Shown here piece by piece: positions 54,430-61,630 of a DNA stretch of 64,000 nt. The stretch comes from Patescibacteria group bacterium (GTDB taxonomy: Bacteria > Patescibacteriota > Patescibacteriia > Patescibacteriales > UBA12465): contig JBAZKQ010000001.1 of assembly GCA_041650715.1 (NCBI GenBank), positions 518,945 through 582,944 on the forward strand, in the 5' to 3' direction. A model generated the notes under the pieces. The model made no database searches, was not told the DNA's origin, and saw only the letters and a list, made by a program, of their open reading frames with translations. How positions within the stretch are numbered: position 1 is the stretch's first letter; each line of letters opens with the position of its first letter. A program made the translations under genes and the position numbers.

Positions 54430-57204
54430 CTATTTCCCATGGCATTGTTTATATTTTTTACCGCTCCCACAAGGGCACGGATCGTTGCGCCCGACTTTCT
54501 CGCCGCCTTCCCCCTTCGTTTTTTCATGCACTAAATCAACCGTGTTGCGGGCCTCGGCCTGCTTATGCATTTCCTTGGCGGCGCCAGTAAATTCTAAATT
54601 AGTCGCGGGCTGGTCGGCAAATAATTTAATTTCCGGCATATTAGCCATCGATAAAGCATCGGCCGTTTTATAAATCGCATAAACGACATTTTTATTGATA
54701 AGCGCATTTAATTCCTGATACATGCGCCACGCTTCCTTCTTATACTCAACAAGCGGATCGCGTTGGCCGTAGCCGCGCAAACCGATACCCCGGCGCAGAT
54801 AATCAACCGTTTCCAAATGCTCAACCCACATCTCGTCAATAGAGCGAATTAAAATTCCCTTTTCAATTTCCGTGAAGGCAATACCGACTGAACTAAATTT
54901 ATCGGCTAAAGACGCATAGACTGTGTCCGCTTCGGTAATCAAATAATTTATCATCGCTTCGCGAATATCGTCCTTAGTCTTATCGCTCTTCACAATCTCG
55001 TCTAATTTATTTTTAATTTCTTCAGAAGGCGTCCAAATCGTGCGCAAGGTTTCGTCAATCTCTTTAGTGTTCCATTCCGCTTTTTCATCGCTCGCGGTAT
55101 GAAAAATTACGAGCGCCCGAATTTCCTCGGCGACCATCTTACTAATAATGGCACTCAGAGTTTTATTTTTGGCGTTCGTCTCAATTTCCGGAATGACTTC
55201 CTCGTCGTCTTCGGTCTTTGCGACCGGTGTCTCGACTAATATTTCTTTGCCCTCAGCGATTTCTAAAATTTCTCGACGACGGCGATAAATCGCGGTCCGG
55301 TGCTTATTAATAACATCATCGTATTCGACTAAATGCTTTCTCGTATCAAAATTATTACCTTCAACTTTCTTCTGAGCGGATTCAATTGATTTCGAAATCA
55401 TCTTATTTTCAATCGGCATATCGGCCGGCACATTCAAAGTTTGCATTAAGCCTTTCATGCGGTCGCCGCCAAAAATACGCATCAAATCATCATCCGTTGA
55501 AACATAAAACTGCGAGGAACCCGGATCGCCCTGACGACCGGCGCGGCCTCTTAACTGATTATCAATCCGGCGCGACTCGTGACGCTCGGTACCGACAACG
55601 TGTAGGCCACCAAGCGCTCTAATTTCCGCTTGTTCGGCTTCAAGCGGCGGATTACCGCCTAAAATAATATCAACGCCACGACCGGCCATATTAGTCGCCA
55701 AAGTAATGGCGCCCTTGCGTCCGGCTTGTGCAATAATTTCCGCTTCCCGTTGATGATTCTTCGCGTTCAGCATTTGGGGGCGAAGTCCTTCACGTTCCAT
55801 TAAAGCCGCAAAGATTTCATTTTTTTCGATAGAAATCGTGCCGATTAAAACCGGCTGGCCCTTGTCGCTGCGCGCTTTAACGTCTTTAATGACAGCGTTA
55901 AACTTGTCCATTTCCGTACGATAAATTAAGTCGTTTAAATCCTTGCGGACATTCGGCTTATTGGTCGGAATAACGATAGTATCCAAATTATATATCTTAT
56001 GAAATTCCTCCGCTTCGGTTGCGGCCGTTCCGGTCATACCGGATAATTTTTTATATAAGCGGAATAAATTTTGGAAAGTAATGGTCGCCATGGTTTGCGA
56101 TTCTTTCTGAACTTTTACGCCCTCCTTGGCTTCAATCGCCTGGTGCAAACCCTCACTATAACGGCGGCCCGGCATTAAGCGCCCGGTAAATTCATCAACA
56201 ATAATAATCTCATCATCTTTAACGACATAATCTTTATCGCGCGTAAACAAAGTCTCGGCTTTTAAAGCCTGGTCGGCATGGTGGACTTCCTTAACACCGC
56301 CTTCAACATAAATATTGCCGACGCCTAAAAATTTCTCAAGCTTATTGATGCCGGCTTCGGTATAAGTCGCGGCGCGCATTTTTTCATCGACGTTATAGTC
56401 TTCATTTTCAACTAAAGGTTTAACAAATTGCGCAAATTTAAAATACTTATCGGTCGATTCTTCGGCCGGTGCGCTAATAATAAGCGGGGTGCGTGCTTCA
56501 TCGATTAAAATCGAGTCGATTTCATCGACAATCGCGTAATGGAGCGGGCGCTGGACAGCCTGATTAAGAGTATAAATCATGTTATCGCGCAGATAGTCGA
56601 AGCCGAATTCATTATTCGTGCCATAAGTCACGTCGCAATTATAAGCGTCAACGCGCGGAATTTTCTTAAAATGTTTTAGGCGTTCATCGTACTGCTCTTC
56701 GTCGGTATATTCCGGATCATAGACAAAAGCATTTTCATGAACAATCACGCCGGTCGTGAGTCCCAGCGCGTAAAATACCGGCGCCATCCAACCGGCACCC
56801 AAACGCGCTAAATAATCGTTAACTGTAATCAAGTGCACGCCCTTACCTTCAAGTGCATTTAAGTATAGCGGGAGTGTCGCCACTAAAGTTTTACCTTCAC
56901 CGGTTTTCATTTCCGCAATCTGGCCGCGATGTAAAACGATGCCGCCGACAAGCTGGACATCAAAATGCCGCTGGTTTAAAATCCGGCGGGCGGCTTCACG
57001 CATGGTCGCATAGGCTTCGGGCAGAAGTTCATCAAGAGTTTCGCCTTTTGTCAGGCGTTCTTTATAGATACTTGTTTTTGCTTTGAGCTCTTCGTCTGAG
57101 AGATTCTTGAGTTCCGGCTCAAAACCAGCAATCTTTTCGATTGTCGGTTGCATGGCTTTAACTATCTTTTCATTGGCGTCGCCGAAGAGGCTGAGAATAT
57201 TCAT
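54430..57204 (-). CDS. secA: Preprotein translocase ATPase SecA
   Basis: Carries MKTGEGKTLVATLP (Walker A) and DEIDSILIDEARTPLIIS motifs. The C-terminal zinc motif is CPCGSGKKYKQCHG. The likely start is ATG 57204 (MNILSLFG...); the track ORF extends to 57267. Confidence 0.97.
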   Translation of the reverse strand: MNILSLFGDANEKIVKAMQPTIEKIAGFEPELKNLSDEELKAKTSIYKERLTKGETLDELLPEAYATMREAARRILNQRHFDVQLVGGIVLHRGQIAEMKTGEGKTLVATLPLYLNALEGKGVHLITVNDYLARLGAGWMAPVFYALGLTTGVIVHENAFVYDPEYTDEEQYDERLKHFKKIPRVDAYNCDVTYGTNNEFGFDYLRDNMIYTLNQAVQRPLHYAIVDEIDSILIDEARTPLIISAPAEESTDKYFKFAQFVKPLVENEDYNVDEKMRAATYTEAGINKLEKFLGVGNIYVEGGVKEVHHADQALKAETLFTRDKDYVVKDDEIIIVDEFTGRLMPGRRYSEGLHQAIEAKEGVKVQKESQTMATITFQNLFRLYKKLSGMTGTAATEAEEFHKIYNLDTIVIPTNKPNVRKDLNDLIYRTEMDKFNAVIKDVKARSDKGQPVLIGTISIEKNEIFAALMEREGLRPQMLNAKNHQREAEIIAQAGRKGAITLATNMAGRGVDIILGGNPPLEAEQAEIRALGGLHVVGTERHESRRIDNQLRGRAGRQGDPGSSQFYVSTDDDLMRIFGGDRMKGLMQTLNVPADMPIENKMISKSIESAQKKVEGNNFDTRKHLVEYDDVINKHRTAIYRRRREILEIAEGKEILVETPVAKTEDDEEVIPEIETNAKNKTLSAIISKMVAEEIRALVIFHTASDEKAEWNTKEIDETLRTIWTPSEEIKNKLDEIVKSDKTKDDIREAMINYLITEADTVYASLADKFSSVGIAFTEIEKGILIRSIDEMWVEHLETVDYLRRGIGLRGYGQRDPLVEYKKEAWRMYQELNALINKNVVYAIYKTADALSMANMPEIKLFADQPATNLEFTGAAKEMHKQAEARNTVDLVHEKTKGEGGEKVGRNDPCPCGSGKKYKQCHGK

Positions 57205-57325
57205 ATTGATTTTGGCTAATTTTGTGTAAAAACAAACAGATCTAAAGTCCGTCTTTAGCTCTAACATTAGTATAATACGTTCTGTGGATAAAATAAATAT
57301 TGACGAATGTGTAAATAAATTGCTT

Positions 57326-57358
57326 AAAAAACCATCCCCAGCGAGAGACGGTTTTTTT
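57326..57358 (-). terminator. Terminator-like hairpin after hpf
   Basis: Minus strand reads ACCGTC-tctcgctgggg-GATGGT (one mismatch) followed by TTTTTT; an A-run is present on the other side. Confidence 0.5.
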
Positions 57359-57396
57359 ATTGCAAAACAATTTACTCATTTATATGTATCGACTTG

Positions 57397-57720
57397 CTAC
57401 TTCCCTCTTTTTTTATCAATGAGTTTCTCTTTATATTTTTTGATAACAAGTTCAAGATGCTCTTTGACCTTATCAATCGCTTTATATAAATCTTCTTCCG
57501 TTCTCTCGACGCGCAATAATTTATGCGGCACCTCAAGATTAACTTCCGCGCGGAAAATTTCTCCCTTATTCTGATTGCCGACCGACTTGGCAATTTCTAC
57601 CTCGCAATTAAGCGCTTTAATTTCGCCCAGATATTTTTCGATCATATCCATTTTCATCTGGAAATAATCGCGGATAGCCGGAGTTAATTCTAAACGCGTC
57701 GCTTTAATTTTTATATTCAT
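57397..57720 (-). CDS. hpf: Ribosome hibernation factor, short form (HPF/RaiA family)
   Basis: 107 aa: MNIKIKATRLELTPAIRDYFQMKM...EVNLEVPHKLLRVERTEEDLYKAIDKV. Confidence 0.88.
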   Translation of the reverse strand: MNIKIKATRLELTPAIRDYFQMKMDMIEKYLGEIKALNCEVEIAKSVGNQNKGEIFRAEVNLEVPHKLLRVERTEEDLYKAIDKVKEHLELVIKKYKEKLIDKKRGK

Positions 57721-57732
57721 ATAATTTGTTTA

Positions 57733-58893
57733 TTAAAACAACTTAATTATATCTCGGTAAGTAATAAACAGAATCAGCGCGATGAGGAGCATGAAGCCGA
57801 CATTATGAATAATTGCTTCAATATCGCGCTTCACCGGTTTGCCTTTAATCTTCTCGATTAATAGGAAGAAAATGCGTCCGCCGTCGAGTGCGGGTAAAGG
57901 CAGAATATTGATGACGGCCAGATTCAGAGATAAGAGCGCGGTAAATTGCAGAAGATAAGTGAATCCGAGACGAGCGGCTTGGCCGGTAATCGTGGCGATT
58001 CCGACCGGACCGGCGAACTGATCGCCGACCTTATGACCGGTAAATATGTTTTGAAATAAACCGGCAAAAGCGACGACGATTTCCTTAAGCATCCAACCAG
58101 TGGTTTTCGCGCCCTCGATTAAAGCCGAGAAAAAAGGATAACGAACTAAACCGGCCGCATATATTGCGACGCCGATAGTCGCGCGCCCGCCATCACTAAC
58201 AACCGGGGTTACCGTCAAGCTTAGTTCCTGCGACTCACGCTTAACGAGTAAAGTAGCTGCCTGGTTAGCGTTTTGCGCGACCGCGTCCTGTAGAGCTTTC
58301 TCCGTCGCAACTGTTTCATTATTAATACGCAAAATAGCGTCGCCCTCTTTTAGCCCGGCGGACTCAGCCGGGGAACCCGCCATAACCTGCGCGACCATCA
58401 CTTTCGGCTCGGAAAGAATGGCATTTTTCGCGACCGTATCGGTCGATTGGGGCAAACCAATCAGATAGCCGACCGAAAACAAAAGCCAGGCGAGAATCAC
58501 GTTCATAATTACGCCCGCTGATAAAATTATAACTCTCTGCCAAATTTTTTGAGCGGCAAAACTATCCTTATCATCTTTCCCTTCACCATTTTCACCTTTA
58601 ATTTTTACGAATCCGCCCAAGGGCAACCAATTTATCGAATAAATCGTCCCTTTCGGGGCGGGACGAAGATTTTCATCCGTATTCTCTTCTAAGCTTTCGA
58701 CTGATTTATTTCCGAATACCCACAAACGCTTACCGTGCTTATTTTTATAAGTGCCGAGCGCACGGGGCGGAAAACCTAAACCAAATTCTTCGGCCTTAAC
58801 GCCGAAACGCCGAGCCGTAAAAAAATGCCCGGCCTCATGCGCTAAAACCAAAACTGATAAAACGAGAACAAATATTACTATCGTTATGAACAT
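57733..58893 (-). CDS. rseP: RIP metalloprotease RseP (M50 with PDZ)
   Basis: HEAGHFFTARRFGV (HExxH), a central PDZ domain (GSPAESAGLKEGDAIL), and NILPLPALDGGR. Confidence 0.9.
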   Translation of the reverse strand: MFITIVIFVLVLSVLVLAHEAGHFFTARRFGVKAEEFGLGFPPRALGTYKNKHGKRLWVFGNKSVESLEENTDENLRPAPKGTIYSINWLPLGGFVKIKGENGEGKDDKDSFAAQKIWQRVIILSAGVIMNVILAWLLFSVGYLIGLPQSTDTVAKNAILSEPKVMVAQVMAGSPAESAGLKEGDAILRINNETVATEKALQDAVAQNANQAATLLVKRESQELSLTVTPVVSDGGRATIGVAIYAAGLVRYPFFSALIEGAKTTGWMLKEIVVAFAGLFQNIFTGHKVGDQFAGPVGIATITGQAARLGFTYLLQFTALLSLNLAVINILPLPALDGGRIFFLLIEKIKGKPVKRDIEAIIHNVGFMLLIALILFITYRDIIKLF

Positions 58894-58917
58894 AAATATT
58901 AATTAATCGCGGAATTA

Positions 58918-59472
58918 TTAGATTTCCATAATATCCGCTTCTTTCCGTTCGCGGATTTCTTTGAGCTCGTCATTTTTCTTGGCGGAAAATTCATCGAGTT
59001 CTTTCATGAAGCGGAATTTATCATCTTCGCTCAGTTCCTTATCTTCAAAGGCTTTTTCAATTGAACTCTTCACGCCATCACGTGCCTGCCTAAGAATAAT
59101 ACGGGTTTTCTCCATCTTTTCGTTTAAAGTCTTAACTAAACCCTTCCGATTTTCTTCGGTGAGAGCCGGTACCGTCAAGCGAATTTTATCGCCTTCATTC
59201 GTAACACCCATGCCAAGGCCCGCTTCGACAATCGCTTTCTCAATCGCTTTGGCCACAGTTTTGTCCCAAGGGACGATGACGATACTTCGGGCATCGGAGA
59301 CAGCAATATTGCCGACCGCATTAACCGGATTCATAACGCCATAGGCTTCGACTTGGACATTATCAAGCACCGCCGGATTGGCGCGGCCCGTGCGCAAGGA
59401 AGCGATTTCTTTCTTAAAAAAATCTAAAGCACTGGCAAATTCCTTCTGTTTATTTTCTAAAAATTCATTCAT
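58918..59472 (-). CDS. frr: Ribosome recycling factor
   Basis: 184 aa with LRTGRANPAVLDNVQVEAYG and LTEENRKGLVK motifs. Confidence 0.95.
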   Translation of the reverse strand: MNEFLENKQKEFASALDFFKKEIASLRTGRANPAVLDNVQVEAYGVMNPVNAVGNIAVSDARSIVIVPWDKTVAKAIEKAIVEAGLGMGVTNEGDKIRLTVPALTEENRKGLVKTLNEKMEKTRIILRQARDGVKSSIEKAFEDKELSEDDKFRFMKELDEFSAKKNDELKEIRERKEADIMEI

Positions 59473-59493
59473 ATTATTTACTTTAATAATTAA

Positions 59494-60606
59494 TTATTGG
59501 ATCTTCTTTGTCCCTAAATATATCACATTGGGATTGTTAAAATCAACTAAGAGACGGCGACCGGCTCGTTTAGTCGGCAGTTTTTTCGTTGTCCAGGTCG
59601 CACCGGCATCGCTCGAGCGGAAAAAAGTGGTGTTAGTGACATAATAAAGATTATTGGAGTCCTGAGGGTCAACCGCAATCGCGTTAATAATCGCATCCTT
59701 CTCCGACTGAATAAGTTTTATACTCTCCCAAGAGTTGCCGTTATCATCCGAACGCAATATTACTTTCTGCGTCGCCAAGAAAATCTTACCGTCTTTTTTA
59801 CTAACGATGATATCTTTAAAACTATTGCCGATATCATAATCTTTCAAGGTATCGCTTAGACTGGCCCAGCCGTCAACTAAAAAATTAGCTTCCAGATCGG
59901 CGGAATCGGCCGGGTTGGTATTGGTATTGGATTTAAAACTATAGATTTTATTGGTCGCGGTCGCGACAAAAACTAAACGGCTATCGAGCGGTGAAATTAT
60001 TAAACGGGTGACGCCGTCAGTTAGGCGCTGAATCGTACGCCAGGAGCCGCCGCTATCAATAGTTTTAATAATATCGCCGCGACTGGTACCGATATAAAGA
60101 TTGCTTGAATTATAGTGGTCGATAGCGATGGTATTAACGGTCACGCCCGCATTATTGTCATAATAAACTTGTGTCCAAGTACGAGAACAGTCCGACGAGC
60201 GATAGACGATATTGGCGACCGCCGCATAAAGAATACACTTGGCTTTCGGATCAACTTGAATATCATTAATAGTCGCTTTCGGCAGACCGGAAACAAAATT
60301 CCAACCATTGGCGATATTATAAGTATAATATAGGCCATAATCATAACTCGCGAGATAAAGCGCTTTGCTATCTTCCGGGTCCATGATTAAATTGTTGACA
60401 CTTACTTCGGCGATTGAGTCGGCCCGTCCGGTAACGGTCGGTACGTTAGTGAGTGAACGCCAAGTATCCCCCCGATCGGCCGAACCGAAAAAGCTGCTGT
60501 CCACACTTGTGGCCGTGCCGGTATTCGTGGTCGAGATTGAACAGGCAGAGCTAATAAGCGCGGTAGCGACCAGAGCCAAAGCAAGCATTAATTTTTTTTG
60601 TGACAT
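59494..60606 (-). CDS. BNR/Asp-box repeat beta-propeller protein, probable lipoprotein
   Basis: The signal peptide ends LISSAC. It has five SxDxGxTW-type boxes: SADRGDTW, SSDCSRTW, TIDSGGSW, SDDNGNSW and SSDAGATW. Confidence 0.75.
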   Translation of the reverse strand: MSQKKLMLALALVATALISSACSISTTNTGTATSVDSSFFGSADRGDTWRSLTNVPTVTGRADSIAEVSVNNLIMDPEDSKALYLASYDYGLYYTYNIANGWNFVSGLPKATINDIQVDPKAKCILYAAVANIVYRSSDCSRTWTQVYYDNNAGVTVNTIAIDHYNSSNLYIGTSRGDIIKTIDSGGSWRTIQRLTDGVTRLIISPLDSRLVFVATATNKIYSFKSNTNTNPADSADLEANFLVDGWASLSDTLKDYDIGNSFKDIIVSKKDGKIFLATQKVILRSDDNGNSWESIKLIQSEKDAIINAIAVDPQDSNNLYYVTNTTFFRSSDAGATWTTKKLPTKRAGRRLLVDFNNPNVIYLGTKKIQ

Positions 60607-60616
60607 AATATTATAA

Positions 60617-61609
60617 TTATAAATTGATTACCAATTGTTCAAGTACCAGGCGCGGATTAACGTTAGCAGCTAAATATTCCTTGCCCTGCGCAATAAATTT
60701 CAAACGTTCGAGGAGCGCGCGCACCTTATCATCGCCCTCACCCGGAAAACTACGCCAGCTTTTTTCTAAAGACTCAATTAAAACTAAATGCTGAATTCTG
60801 TCCCGCTGTTCTAAACTAAGTAAAAGTAAATCACGCAGCAGACCCTCGGCCAAAAGCAAGATATTCAAAGCGCTTTCCGTGGCTTGGCGACTATAACTCC
60901 TATCCATAAATAAAGTATCGAGAATTTTTAGACGGGCATTCGTATCAACGGCAAATAAATTCAAAAAGCTTTCCGCCTCGTTCAAATATTCCTTATAGAG
61001 CTCCGCATTTTCCAAATAGCGGATGGCTTTGAGCGGCCGACCCAGAGCCAGGGCGGCCAATTCTTTAGCGAGCGAGCGGTTCGCGCCGTAATGCGAAATT
61101 AGATAATCATAAATCGTGGCCGCCGGCACCGGATAAAAATAGAGTTTTTGGCTACGGGATAAAACCGTCGCCGGTAAATCCTCTTCGCTTTTCACAAGCA
61201 AAATAATAATAACTTTTTCCTGCGGTTCTTCGAGCGTTTTTAGAAGCGCGCTTTTCGCTTCTTCGCTTAGTAATTCCGCTTCTTTTACCAAGCCGATTTT
61301 ATAAGAATTCATGAAGGAGCTCAAATGTAATCTTTTAATAAAATCACGGACGGCCTCAATCCCGATTCCCTTCTTGCCTTCATCAGGCTCAAGCAGATAA
61401 AGGTCGCTATTAAAACCTTCATAGTCACCCTGTAAATTACGCGCGAAAGCGAGGGCCACCGTTGACTTCCCTAATTCTTCCGGACCGACAAAAACATAAG
61501 TCTGAGCAATTTTTCCGCTTTTCAAACTGCGATCTAAAAATTCAATCGCTTTGGCATTGCCAATGGCGGGCCAATTATATTCAGTTGTCTCGGGGGCGGA
61601 TTTCGCCAT
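60617..61609 (-). CDS. holB: DNA polymerase III delta-prime subunit
   Basis: 330 aa AAA+-like protein with AQTYVFVGPEELGKST and TLEEP motifs. Confidence 0.8.
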   Translation of the reverse strand: MAKSAPETTEYNWPAIGNAKAIEFLDRSLKSGKIAQTYVFVGPEELGKSTVALAFARNLQGDYEGFNSDLYLLEPDEGKKGIGIEAVRDFIKRLHLSSFMNSYKIGLVKEAELLSEEAKSALLKTLEEPQEKVIIILLVKSEEDLPATVLSRSQKLYFYPVPAATIYDYLISHYGANRSLAKELAALALGRPLKAIRYLENAELYKEYLNEAESFLNLFAVDTNARLKILDTLFMDRSYSRQATESALNILLLAEGLLRDLLLLSLEQRDRIQHLVLIESLEKSWRSFPGEGDDKVRALLERLKFIAQGKEYLAANVNPRLVLEQLVINL

Positions 61610-61630
61610 AATTTTTATTTTAAACGCTGC

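Noticed and set aside
54426-54527. The longer 141-aa version of the ASCH ORF, overlapping the secA 3' end by ~100 nt.
   Set aside because: The extension (MKKRRGKAARKSG...) is the alternative frame of the SecA zinc-finger tail. The conserved ASCH domain starts at the ATG at 54425, just after the secA stop.
57205-57267. An upstream extension of secA (MLELKTDFRSVCFYTKLAKIN).
   Set aside because: SecA proteins begin with the MNILSLFG-type sequence found at ATG 57204. The extension has no homology pattern.
57284-57593. ORFs of 96 aa (+) and 73 aa (-) overlapping hpf and its downstream spacer.
   Set aside because: Both overlap the well-supported hpf frame or the terminator region, and both are low-complexity, AT-driven ORFs.
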